This document shows, piece after piece, positions 36,173 to 45,580 of a DNA stretch of 64,000 nt. The DNA lies in IMG/VR virus record IMGVR_UViG_3300034980_000520, positions 8,249 to 72,248 of that record; one strand, 5' to 3'. Within the stretch, counting starts at the first letter, position 1. Every line of letters begins with the position of its first letter. This DNA is from a virus. The notes below the pieces were generated by a model that was given only the letters and a program-made list of their open reading frames with translations, was not told the origin of the DNA and made no database searches. The translations under genes were made by a program, and so were the position numbers.

Positions 36173-37143
36173 TGACACAAACTGATAAAAAACGCGTCAT
36201 CATTATTGATGCGCTAAACATGTTCTTAAGAGCATACATCGTGGATCCGTCTCTTTCTTCTAATGGGCAACCAATTGGTGGACTTAAAGGTTCGATAAAG
36301 ATCCTCCAGAAACTCGTACGGATAAGTCAGCCCGACTCTATCGTTATTGTGTGGGACGGTCCGAATGGATCGCGAAAACGCAAAACCATGGACAAGAATT
36401 ACAAGGCAGGACGCAAGCCGATCCGCCTGAATCGAGCCTTCCATAATCTAACGGATAATGAAGAGCTACAAAATAGAATTTGGCAGCAAACTAGAGTGAT
36501 TGAGTATCTGAATGAGATGCCAGTTGTTCAGATTATGCTCCCTGAGATTGAAGCCGACGATGTCATTTCTCATGTGAGCCAGCTCAGTCATTATGATGGC
36601 TGGCAAAAGGTAATCATTTCAAATGATAAAGATTTCCTCCAGTTGTGTGACGATGAGACGGTTGTTTACCGCCCCACGGTAGATGTGCTCTTAAATAAGG
36701 TGCGAATCGTTGATGAATATGGTATTCATCCAACTAATATGGCATTGGCCCGAGCGATCGCCGGCGACACTTCTGATAACCTTCCCGGGATCAAAGGAGC
36801 GGGACTGGCAACTATTAAGAAAAGATTGTCTTTTCTCGCATCTGAAAAAGATTATACAATTCAAGAGGTTATAGAATTCTGCGAAAATTCAGCCAATAAA
36901 TTGAAATTTTTTACTGGTATTGTTGAGGGAAGAGAGATAATTGAGCATAATTATAGAATGATGCAACTTTATTCTCCGATGCTCTCAATTAACTCAAAAG
37001 ATTTTGTAAAAACAGCAGTCGTAGATTTCGAATGTAGCTTCAATAAGACAGCCATTATCAAAAAGATGCGAGAAGATGGTTTCGGCGAATTAAATTGGGA
37101 AGAGTTAAGAACTCGTCTTAATAATATAGCAGTAAGCTGTTGA
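36172..37143 (+). CDS. 5'-3' exonuclease/flap endonuclease (T4 RNase H / PolI N-terminal-like)
   Basis: IIDALN, WDG, YKAGR, EADDVI, ISNDKDFLQL, GDTSDNLPGIKGAG; TAATG overlap start. Confidence 0.92.
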   Translation: MTQTDKKRVIIIDALNMFLRAYIVDPSLSSNGQPIGGLKGSIKILQKLVRISQPDSIVIVWDGPNGSRKRKTMDKNYKAGRKPIRLNRAFHNLTDNEELQNRIWQQTRVIEYLNEMPVVQIMLPEIEADDVISHVSQLSHYDGWQKVIISNDKDFLQLCDDETVVYRPTVDVLLNKVRIVDEYGIHPTNMALARAIAGDTSDNLPGIKGAGLATIKKRLSFLASEKDYTIQEVIEFCENSANKLKFFTGIVEGREIIEHNYRMMQLYSPMLSINSKDFVKTAVVDFECSFNKTAIIKKMREDGFGELNWEELRTRLNNIAVSC

Positions 37144-37149
37144 GTGTAC

Positions 37150-37177
37150 TTGACATGGGATTGGAATGTGTTATGGT
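37150..37177 (+). promoter_or_regulatory. Probable sigma70 promoter for helicase-RNR
   Basis: TTGACA-16-TATGGT with TG extension. Confidence 0.5.
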
Positions 37178-37198
37178 TATCACTATGAGGAGTGACCC

Positions 37199-38569
37199 TT
37201 GAACGAAAATGTAGGTTTTGCGAAGTATGGAAAAGTCTTTCAAGAGGGCTTGGTTCAACTCATTTTAGATGATCGCCCATTCGCCGATCAGATCTCTGAA
37301 GTGTTGGATATATCTTTCTTAGAATTAGAATACCTCCGAGTTTTTGCACGCAAGGTTATCAACTATCGCAACCGCTATTCTAAGCACCCCTCCCACGAAG
37401 CTGTCATAACAATGCTTCGCATTGAATTGGATGCGGAAGACGAGGTTGTGAAACAGCAAGTAAAAGAGTATTTTGCGAAGATTCACGCATCCGAAGTCCA
37501 AGATGCAGAATATATTAAAGAACAGTCGTTAGATTTTTGTCGCAAGCAAAACCTAAAAGAAGCCATGCTAAAGTCAGTCGATCTTCTCCAAAATAGTTCT
37601 TTTGATGAAATTTCGAAAGTCATCAATGAATCTTTAAAGCTGGGATCCGAAACCAATTTTGGATACGATTATCTGGCAGATTTTGAAGAGCGCTTTTTAC
37701 CCAAATTTAGAAATCCTGTATCGACAGGCTGGCAAGACTTAGATTCAATCACTTCCGGCGGCTTAGGTAAGAGCGAGCTTGGGGTGGTGATCGCTCCCAC
37801 CGGCGCCGGAAAATCAATGGTTCTCGTTCACTTGGGAGCGCAAGCTGTAGTGGAAGGGCAAGTAGTAGTCCACTATACCCTAGAGTTGCAGGACACTATC
37901 ATTGCAAAGCGTTATGACAGTTGTATTACCGGATATCCTCTCTCTGACTTGACATCCTTTAAGGAGGAGGTTTTTGACGAGATCAAAGATATCGAGGGGC
38001 GCCTGATCGTAAAAGAGTACCCCACCAAATCAGCGTCCACAGAGACGATCCGCAACCACCTTAGTCGTTTGCACAAAAGAGGCATTAAGCCCGGCTTGAT
38101 TATAGTAGACTATGCAGACTTGCTTAAGCCGGTGGTTGTTCGGAAAGAAAAGAGAGACGAGCTTGGCTCCATTTATGAGGAATTGAGAGCCATTTCTACT
38201 GAGTACTCTTGTCCGATATGGACAGCATCCCAAACAAACCGCGCTGGGTTGAGTGCGGAGGTGATCACGATGGAGCAAATCTCAGAAGCCTTTAATAAAT
38301 GCTTTGTCGCAGATTTCATATTTTCCGTATCACGTACAATTGAAGACAAACAAAACAACCAAGGAAAGATTTTTATTGCAAAAAATAGAAACGGACCGGA
38401 CGGAATGGTGTATGATATATTCATGGACACCTCTAATGTCAAAATAAGAGTCTTACCAAGGGTAACGCACCCTAGCACAAATTCTGTAGCGACGAGCCCA
38501 GTTGTATTGACAGCCGGCATGCAGCAGAACTTGCTAAAAAGCAAATATGAAAAATTTAAAAGGAAATAA
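37199..38569 (+). CDS. Replicative DNA helicase (DnaB/gp41-like)
   Basis: Walker A APTGAGKS, TLEL, IVDYADLL, WTASQTNR, AKNRNG. Confidence 0.92.
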   Translation: MNENVGFAKYGKVFQEGLVQLILDDRPFADQISEVLDISFLELEYLRVFARKVINYRNRYSKHPSHEAVITMLRIELDAEDEVVKQQVKEYFAKIHASEVQDAEYIKEQSLDFCRKQNLKEAMLKSVDLLQNSSFDEISKVINESLKLGSETNFGYDYLADFEERFLPKFRNPVSTGWQDLDSITSGGLGKSELGVVIAPTGAGKSMVLVHLGAQAVVEGQVVVHYTLELQDTIIAKRYDSCITGYPLSDLTSFKEEVFDEIKDIEGRLIVKEYPTKSASTETIRNHLSRLHKRGIKPGLIIVDYADLLKPVVVRKEKRDELGSIYEELRAISTEYSCPIWTASQTNRAGLSAEVITMEQISEAFNKCFVADFIFSVSRTIEDKQNNQGKIFIAKNRNGPDGMVYDIFMDTSNVKIRVLPRVTHPSTNSVATSPVVLTAGMQQNLLKSKYEKFKRK

Positions 38570-38574
38570 ATCAC

Positions 38575-40542
38575 ATGAGAACAATTGAGAACATACGCAG
38601 ATTCAGACTATCAGATACTTTTATTGAACCCTACAAAGATGCCGAAGTGCCTTGGGGTCCCCTCGGGTACGTTACGTACAAACGTACCTATTCGCGAAGA
38701 CTCAGTGAGTTCGAACCAGAGGCAGTAGGTTCCGAAGAGTGGTGGCAAACCTGTCGTCGAGTTGTCGAGGGTATGTTCAACATGCAAAAGCGACATGTGT
38801 TTATGCTTAGCTTAGAGTGGAACGACAATAAGGCACAAAAAACGGCGAAGGAGGCATACGATCGATTATTCAATCTCAAGTGGACTCCCCCCGGCCGCGG
38901 TCTTTGGATGATGGGAACTAAGTTTATTGAGGAAAGAACCGCTGCTGGTCTGTTCAATTGTGCTTTTCGCTCCACGCGTGATCTAGGAACCAAGGGTGGT
39001 TATCTCTTTGCGTGGATGATGGATGCGCTAATGGTTGGCATCGGCGTCGGGTTTGATACAGAGGGCGCCGGCTCTCTTTCGATTAAAGAACCCCAGTACA
39101 CCAATGATACTTTAGTGATTGATGACTCACGAGAAGGGTGGGTGGATTCTGTACACATGCTTCTCGATGGATTCTTTTTTGGTTCCAAAGTACCGAAGTT
39201 TGATTACTCGGCGATTCGTAAATTTGGAGCAGAGATCCGCGGATTCGGAGGGACATCCTCTGGGCCCGATCCTTTAGTCGAGCTACATGAAAGCTTGAGA
39301 GAACTTTTTTCTGCTAAAATTGGTGAGAACATTACCTCCGTGGACATTGTAGACACCGAGAATCTCATTGGCAGGTGTGTGGTATCGGGAAACGTTCGAC
39401 GCTCCGCCGCCCTTGCAATGGGCAGATATGATGATACACCTTATTTAGAAATGAAAAACGATCAAGAGAAGCTGTATCACCATCGCTGGGGATCTAACAA
39501 CTCTTTTAATGCTGAAGTTGGAATGGACTATGAATGGCATGCTTCGCAGTCGCAAAAGAATGGCGAACCGGGCTATATTTGGCTCGATAATGCGCGCACA
39601 CTTGGGCGATTCAAAGACGGGCGCCGCTATGATGATGTAAATGTGGCAGGCTTCAATCCGTGTGTGGAACAGCAACTAGAAGATGCGGAGCTTTGCTGCT
39701 TGGTAGAAACATACCCAGCTAAACATGAAGATTTAGAAGATTACTTGCGGACACTTAAAATTGCCTACCTCTATGGCAAAACAATAACGCTGTCAAATAC
39801 ACACTGGCCAGAAACAAATGCCAAGATGTTAAAGAACCGACGAATTGGACTGTCACAGTCGGGAGTTATTCAAGCATTTAATAAGTTCGGACGTCGAGAG
39901 GTATACGACATGTGCGACAAAGCCTACGGCTACGTTAAACAATTGGATGAAGAATACTCTAATTGGCTGTGCATTCCCAAATCAGTACGCATGACATCAA
40001 TTAAGCCTTCTGGCACTGTATCTTTGCTCAACGGCAGCACTCCCGGGATTCATTTTCCTGAAGATGAGTATTACATTCGAAGGATTAGATTTTCTACAGA
40101 CAATAAAATGCTTGACGCTTTGAAAGATTGCGGTTATAATATTGAAGATGACAAATATTCTCCGAATACTGTTTGTGTTGAGTTTCCTGTACATGAGCCC
40201 TATTTTTCAAAGGGAAAAAGATCTATTTCAATGTGGGAGCAGCTTGAGATTGCAGCCCAGTATCAATATTATTGGGCCGATAACTCAGTGTCTATTACAG
40301 TCACTTTCAAACCTGATGAAGCAAGCCAGATCAAAAGTGCCTTGGAGTTATATGAAACACGCCTTAAGGCGGTATCCTTCTTGAAGTTTGAAAAAACCGG
40401 CTATGAGCAGGCTCCATACGAGCCAATTACAGAAAAAGAATATAAAAAGTTATCCGCAAAAATAACACCCCTTACCCGAATAACGGACGAAGAAGGCGGC
40501 AGTGGGACAAAGTTTTGCACAAACGATACCTGTACAATTTAG
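38575..40542 (+). CDS. nrdJ: Class II (B12-dependent, monomeric RTPR-type) ribonucleotide reductase
   Basis: KRTYSR, PPGRGLW, FNCAF, GNVRRSA, NPCVEQ.L...ELCCLVE, TSIKPSGTVS, C-terminal FCTNDTC. Confidence 0.92.
   Translation: MRTIENIRRFRLSDTFIEPYKDAEVPWGPLGYVTYKRTYSRRLSEFEPEAVGSEEWWQTCRRVVEGMFNMQKRHVFMLSLEWNDNKAQKTAKEAYDRLFNLKWTPPGRGLWMMGTKFIEERTAAGLFNCAFRSTRDLGTKGGYLFAWMMDALMVGIGVGFDTEGAGSLSIKEPQYTNDTLVIDDSREGWVDSVHMLLDGFFFGSKVPKFDYSAIRKFGAEIRGFGGTSSGPDPLVELHESLRELFSAKIGENITSVDIVDTENLIGRCVVSGNVRRSAALAMGRYDDTPYLEMKNDQEKLYHHRWGSNNSFNAEVGMDYEWHASQSQKNGEPGYIWLDNARTLGRFKDGRRYDDVNVAGFNPCVEQQLEDAELCCLVETYPAKHEDLEDYLRTLKIAYLYGKTITLSNTHWPETNAKMLKNRRIGLSQSGVIQAFNKFGRREVYDMCDKAYGYVKQLDEEYSNWLCIPKSVRMTSIKPSGTVSLLNGSTPGIHFPEDEYYIRRIRFSTDNKMLDALKDCGYNIEDDKYSPNTVCVEFPVHEPYFSKGKRSISMWEQLEIAAQYQYYWADNSVSITVTFKPDEASQIKSALELYETRLKAVSFLKFEKTGYEQAPYEPITEKEYKKLSAKITPLTRITDEEGGSGTKFCTNDTCTI
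40112..40140 (+). promoter_or_regulatory. Internal sigma70 promoter within nrdJ, upstream of groES
   Basis: TTGACG-17-TATAAT. Confidence 0.55.
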
Positions 40543-40553
40543 GAGATAAAAAA

Positions 40554-40823
40554 ATGTTTAAACCAGTTAATCGACACATCTTGGTAGAAATGGTAGACGG
40601 GGAAGAATCGCCTACTCCTTTGATAGTTCTTCCGGAAGATTTCAAACCAGCTATGGAAAAGTATGCTGTGGTGAAAGTACTCAACTTTGCTGATGACATT
40701 CGATTTGAGCTAAAGAGCGCCCCGCGCATAGTGGTGGATCAGTCAATGATAGAAGAAATTGTTGTGAATAAGACTACTTATAACGTGATACAAGACAACT
40801 ATGTGGTGGGCATCGTCACTTAG
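40554..40823 (+). CDS. Divergent GroES-like co-chaperonin
   Basis: MFKPVNRHILVE, LIVLP loop, C-terminal YNVIQDNYVVGIV; SD AGGAG. Confidence 0.7.
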   Translation: MFKPVNRHILVEMVDGEESPTPLIVLPEDFKPAMEKYAVVKVLNFADDIRFELKSAPRIVVDQSMIEEIVVNKTTYNVIQDNYVVGIVT

Positions 40824-40844
40824 TTGAGCCTGTAGGTTATCTCT

Positions 40845-41750
40845 ATGGATAAGAATTTTTATAATGAAGCTTCCGCCAAAAAACTTGGCTGGGCTCCTTC
40901 GTGGTTCGGCGAGAAATATTTTGATGATAAGCTGCTGCGCGCCATTAAGAAATGGCAACGCGCACGCCACTTAGCTGCCGATGGTTTGTGTGGTCCGATG
41001 ACATTCCGCAGACTGTGGACAGAGCGCCAAGAGATAGTGGGCGATTATTGTCCCAATGAGGACATGTCCTACTCCAATTACATTGTATACAATGGAGAAT
41101 TTCATCCTATTGAGTGGGACAAGTTTGTTCTGTGGTCGGATGACGGCGCCCTTGTCTCAAAGCCCGGACACTACTATGATTATTCCGGACGTCCAAAGCG
41201 CAAGATTCGCTATTTCGTGAATCACTGGGATGTGTGCCTTAACTCCACATCATGCCAAAACGTTTTAGACAAAAGAGGAATTTCAGTACACTTCTTGATC
41301 GACAATGACGGGACGATTTACCAAACCCTAGACATGCAACATGCAGCATGGCACGCAGGCTCCGCAAGAGCCAACCGAGCCTCAGTGGGAGTTGAGATTT
41401 CGAATGCTTATTACCCAAAATATCAAGATTGGTATGTTAAAAATGGGTATGGCAAGCGCCCAATGATTGACGATGCGTGGGTACACAGTTCCCAATTAGA
41501 ACCATTCATGGGCTTTTATCCCCAACAAATTGAAGCCCTTAAGGCGCTCTGGAAAGCTATTAATAGTGCAACAGGAATTCCTTACGAATGCCCAACCAAT
41601 CAATTTGGCAATACCTCAACGAAATATGAGCAGCAGGTTACTTATGGTAAATTTAGTGGTTTCGTAAGTCATTACCACGTCAGCAAGGCAAAAATTGATT
41701 GCGCAGGCTTGGATCTAAAGAAAATTCTAGAAGATATAAAAGAAGAATAA
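40845..41750 (+). CDS. Endolysin: PG-binding domain plus N-acetylmuramoyl-L-alanine amidase (Amidase_2)
   Basis: WQRARHLAADGLCGPMT; VNHW, SVHFLIDNDGTIYQ, AWHAG, SVGVEI, SHY, KIDC. Confidence 0.88.
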   Translation: MDKNFYNEASAKKLGWAPSWFGEKYFDDKLLRAIKKWQRARHLAADGLCGPMTFRRLWTERQEIVGDYCPNEDMSYSNYIVYNGEFHPIEWDKFVLWSDDGALVSKPGHYYDYSGRPKRKIRYFVNHWDVCLNSTSCQNVLDKRGISVHFLIDNDGTIYQTLDMQHAAWHAGSARANRASVGVEISNAYYPKYQDWYVKNGYGKRPMIDDAWVHSSQLEPFMGFYPQQIEALKALWKAINSATGIPYECPTNQFGNTSTKYEQQVTYGKFSGFVSHYHVSKAKIDCAGLDLKKILEDIKEE

Positions 41751-41777
41751 AGTTATTTTAACCCACTACTTACGGAT

Positions 41778-42320
41778 ATGGGGTGGCTTTTATTTTTGAT
41801 TCTGGGGCACGGAAGTGCGCCTCCAGACAGCACCGTGCCAGAACATTTTCAGAATGTAGCGCACATGCAAGAAACCATGGTAATAGGGAAACCTAACCAA
41901 AAAGCGACTTGGGGGGCACCTCCTATGATAAGAGTGTGCACGGATTCGGGCGTCTCGGTAAGTCGTGCCACTCGCGCTGTTAAATATTGGGAGCGCCTAG
42001 GCTATGAATTTGGTAGGATTGTGGGAGATCCCTTCTCGATGTGCATGACACCCAAATCTGGCGAGGTTCTCATCAGTATTCCCGATGGGGGTTTTAGCAG
42101 CACTCACATGGCAGCTACCAGATTGTATACCGACACTGCCTCGGGAGAGATTGTAAGAGCTAAAATTCAAATTCTTCCTCATAATGCCGCCAAAGATAGA
42201 GTGTTGGAACACGAAATAGGACACGCACTCGGCTGGGAACACTACCCACAGCGATACCATATCATGCACCCCACATGGAAGTACGGAGGATATGATTCTT
42301 ATGGTGTTCGCAAAAGATAG
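41778..42320 (+). CDS. Secreted matrixin-like zinc metalloprotease
   Basis: HEIGHALGWEH zinc motif plus Met-turn IMHP; hydrophobic N-terminus. Confidence 0.82.
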   Translation: MGWLLFLILGHGSAPPDSTVPEHFQNVAHMQETMVIGKPNQKATWGAPPMIRVCTDSGVSVSRATRAVKYWERLGYEFGRIVGDPFSMCMTPKSGEVLISIPDGGFSSTHMAATRLYTDTASGEIVRAKIQILPHNAAKDRVLEHEIGHALGWEHYPQRYHIMHPTWKYGGYDSYGVRKR

Positions 42321-42349
42321 TTGACATTACTGAGATATTGAGTTATACT
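42321..42349 (+). promoter_or_regulatory. sigma70 promoter
   Basis: TTGACA-17-TATACT. Confidence 0.8.
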
Positions 42350-42374
42350 GTATCAAACATAAACTAGGAGAAAC

Positions 42375-42647
42375 ATGTTTACAACTTTATTAGCACTAGC
42401 TGTGCTTTCTTGCTCCCCTGTGGGAGAAATACGGGATACCGGCCCACAACCGGCTACATTTGATGAGACAATTGAACGTCTCGATCGTATGATCTTGACG
42501 TCAGAAAAAATGTTGGAGGATTTGAAAAAGATGAATCACAATTCTGAAATGATTTTTCGTGCCGTAACCGGCTGTCCTTCGGATCACCGGTGCGAGGAAT
42601 TAAAGAACCACATCGAGGCACAAATTGACACGAGAGGTGAAAAGTGA
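42375..42647 (+). CDS. Putative lipoprotein
   Basis: Signal peptide with lipobox VLSC; coiled coil; SD AGGAG. Confidence 0.7.
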   Translation: MFTTLLALAVLSCSPVGEIRDTGPQPATFDETIERLDRMILTSEKMLEDLKKMNHNSEMIFRAVTGCPSDHRCEELKNHIEAQIDTRGEK

Positions 42648-43822
42648 GGTTTTTATCCCTTTTAACAGCGCTAGCGCTGACTGGCACCGCACACGCTGAC
42701 GATTTTAGCGACAGCGAGACGTCCTATTCGGGCGCATCTATCTTAGAAGGAGACTGGGACGTATCGTTTGAAGCCGCTACCGACATCGCTGGCAGTGAGG
42801 ACCGATTTCCGTACGCCTTTTTTGAAGGGAACACCCTTTATGTGGGCAACTCAGATCCGCAGGATAACACCATTGACGCCATCGTGGAGTTTTTCTGGTT
42901 TCAATCGTCTATCGATAGAGGCACAGATTTTTATGTTGCCGTCATCAAGACAAGAGTTACGCCCGGGCACAACTGCTTTTATGCCCCTTGGGGCTGGGCA
43001 GATGGTGCCCAGTGCAAACTATGGGCAGACGAGTGGAGTGATTGGGGCGAGCATCCAGTTTTATCGGTAGAGGCACTGACAGACATTGAACGCGAACAAG
43101 GTGCCTTCCGCTGGGACTGGTCCGTTCCATTTGAGTCCTATGGCATCGATGCTTATGGACAAGTAACGTTTCAGAATGCATACGGAATTGGATCTGATTC
43201 AGAAGGCGCCGTCATGGCTCATGGGGAGTACCCCATTAACGAAGATGGGGAAGTAGAGGCGGAGGGCAATGTACAGATCAAGGGCTATCACTCATCAGAG
43301 TATTCAGTTCAAACACAATACGAAGTCACACTTTATGAGTGGGATGTGTTTGTGGATGGAAGAGCTGATCTAATGGCTTGGGACATGTACTTAAACCTTG
43401 GAGCAAGAGAAACACAATCGGCTTACCACGAATACTTTTTGAGTGTTCAGGTTGAGGAAGGCATGCCGTTCATGATAGATGAGTTAAACTTTATGGGAAA
43501 CTTCGATACCGGCTGGTATGATCCCTTCCATCACGAACTTGGTGTGACACTTACAGACTTGGTTATTTCACAGCCGTTCTTTATTCCCGCAGAAGAAGAA
43601 GAGGAAGAAGAGCCCGCTGTTACGGAGAGCGATACGGGAAACTCACAGGAGCACGAAGACACTGGTGATGACGACACGAGCACTCCTTTTGAGTTTGCTG
43701 ACGATGAGTCTGAGCCGGGAACAAAGTCTTCCGCCGGCTGCAGCGGCAGCGCCACTAACCGTGGTAGTCTGTATGTTATCTTTATGGCTGCCTTGCTAGC
43801 AGGGTTCAGAAGGGAAGATTGA
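42644..43822 (+). CDS. Secreted acidic surface protein with MYXO-CTERM-like C-terminal sorting signal
   Basis: Signal peptide ending AHA; acidic DTG linker; SSAGCS...TM (SLYVIFMAALLAGF)-RRED. Confidence 0.7.
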   Translation: MRFLSLLTALALTGTAHADDFSDSETSYSGASILEGDWDVSFEAATDIAGSEDRFPYAFFEGNTLYVGNSDPQDNTIDAIVEFFWFQSSIDRGTDFYVAVIKTRVTPGHNCFYAPWGWADGAQCKLWADEWSDWGEHPVLSVEALTDIEREQGAFRWDWSVPFESYGIDAYGQVTFQNAYGIGSDSEGAVMAHGEYPINEDGEVEAEGNVQIKGYHSSEYSVQTQYEVTLYEWDVFVDGRADLMAWDMYLNLGARETQSAYHEYFLSVQVEEGMPFMIDELNFMGNFDTGWYDPFHHELGVTLTDLVISQPFFIPAEEEEEEEPAVTESDTGNSQEHEDTGDDDTSTPFEFADDESEPGTKSSAGCSGSATNRGSLYVIFMAALLAGFRRED

Positions 43823-44715
43823 TATTAGAGCGACAGCATGTAGTGCTTGGAAGCTCTCTTAGCGCTCTTCTATTCGCCTATATTAATGATTATGCTGTTG
43901 TTTTTACAAAGCCAAGAACGCCCTTTAAGTTCGATTATTTGAGTACTAAATTAGATCTTTCGAGCCTCAAAATACCTTTTAATAATTTAACGCTTAAAAG
44001 TTTCGACAGTAAAATGCAAGTTGGTATACAAAAGGTGTTATTATGGGAACGCATATTGTTTCTGCAGTCGTTACGAGGAAATATAATATCCACTAAGGAC
44101 GCTCACAGCTTACGTCTTGCCGGCAACACGATAACGATATCCAACGAGTATTCTAAAATATTAGATTTGGTTTTTGAAAAGTGTTATTATTATGGCGACG
44201 ACGGGGCAGCAGGATTTACAGAGAAAACAGATCTTGACGAAGCTACCTATATATGTTATGATTATATAGCATTCAATAGTGGAGGAAAACATGAAATTGA
44301 TTACATCAGAACAGGTGATGATTTTGTCAGCGAGATATGGTTTTATAGTTCCGACCGTATTGATGGAAATACTCCTGTTAGAGATGCTTGTGCGGTATCA
44401 ACACTAACCAAGCAGCAACTACAGGACTTTGATTTTTCAGAAACTATGGCGAGGTTTAAAACACTTCAAGTTATGAAAGATAATGGAATGAGAGGAAAAT
44501 TCAATGGATACACAAAAAAAGGAAAGGCTCGGCACTATGATTTTAGAACATCTAGCATTAGGCGCTCAACGCAGCGCGACTACCATGAACCGAGAGCGCA
44601 CTCCTCTTGTATCGAGATTAAAGCCCCCGATGAAGAAAATTTACTTAAATCTTTGCCGAATGCTGCAGCCAACACCTGTAGACTTTTAGAGAGATTAGAT
44701 GAAAACTCATCTTAG
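43819..44715 (+). CDS. Hypothetical, possibly degenerate Rossmann/FAD-fold protein
   Basis: HVVLGSSLSALLFAY resembles a degenerate GxGxxG beta-alpha start. Confidence 0.5.
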   Translation: MILERQHVVLGSSLSALLFAYINDYAVVFTKPRTPFKFDYLSTKLDLSSLKIPFNNLTLKSFDSKMQVGIQKVLLWERILFLQSLRGNIISTKDAHSLRLAGNTITISNEYSKILDLVFEKCYYYGDDGAAGFTEKTDLDEATYICYDYIAFNSGGKHEIDYIRTGDDFVSEIWFYSSDRIDGNTPVRDACAVSTLTKQQLQDFDFSETMARFKTLQVMKDNGMRGKFNGYTKKGKARHYDFRTSSIRRSTQRDYHEPRAHSSCIEIKAPDEENLLKSLPNAAANTCRLLERLDENSS

Positions 44716-45580
44716 CGGTATAATTCCGCTTGCAAATCATGAAAACGATTTGGGAGTCGACTTCCCAGCGCCACTGATTCCAGTTGAAAATGGTTTCACA
44801 GCTGTTCAAAAATCGGTATTTGAATGTACCATGGCGGGCTGCGACACTATATGGATTGTCGCGAATGATGATCTCTCCCCATCCATAAGGGCAATCGTGG
44901 GGGACTGGGCATATGATCCAGTATACTTTAAGAGAGACATGGCAAGTAAATATTATTCCGAACTTAGGAAAGAAGTGCCTATTTATTATGTTGCGATTAA
45001 TCCTAAAGATCGCGATCGTCGCGATTCATATGGCTGGTCGGTGTTGCATGGCATCCACACAGCATATATGACGTCTTATAAGATTTCAAAATGGATTGTG
45101 CCGGAAAAATATTTTATTTCTTTTCCCTTTGGGGTTTATGATCCGCATATTTTAAGAGACTATCGCAAAATAATCAGAGATAAGAATAATAATTTTTTCT
45201 TAAAACACGACAAAAACTATATAAAAGATAATGTGCCGCTAGCGTGCACGATGACAGGAGAAGACTTTAAATTATGTCGAAGAGCGATAAACAAAAAGAC
45301 AACAAGGGAGTATTTACCCCCTTTACCGAACCAGCAATACCCTACCCAAAAGTTGCCCCTCCACGAAAGGTGGTCAGCACGGACGTTCAATTTCAAAGAA
45401 ATTTTCGATAGTATTGACGAGAAGGGTGCAACGTACGTAGACTTACCGTGGCATTATGATGTGTCAGGGTGGGACGGCTATGTAGCGTACATGCGATCAG
45501 AAAATAAGATAAAAAAGCCCATTGAAGCATTGACAAAGCCCCACCAACATGTTAAGATACCATATGATTCGGAGGGATAA
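44699..45580 (+). CDS. Nucleotidyltransferase-like protein (GT-A/NTP_transferase N-terminal fold), divergent
   Basis: GIIPLA..., P.LIPV, ECTMAGCDTIWIV, late WHYDVSGWDGY. Confidence 0.5.
   Translation: MKTHLSGIIPLANHENDLGVDFPAPLIPVENGFTAVQKSVFECTMAGCDTIWIVANDDLSPSIRAIVGDWAYDPVYFKRDMASKYYSELRKEVPIYYVAINPKDRDRRDSYGWSVLHGIHTAYMTSYKISKWIVPEKYFISFPFGVYDPHILRDYRKIIRDKNNNFFLKHDKNYIKDNVPLACTMTGEDFKLCRRAINKKTTREYLPPLPNQQYPTQKLPLHERWSARTFNFKEIFDSIDEKGATYVDLPWHYDVSGWDGYVAYMRSENKIKKPIEALTKPHQHVKIPYDSEG
45530..45558 (+). promoter_or_regulatory. sigma70 promoter upstream of dnaE
   Basis: TTGACA-17-TAAGAT with TG. Confidence 0.65.
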
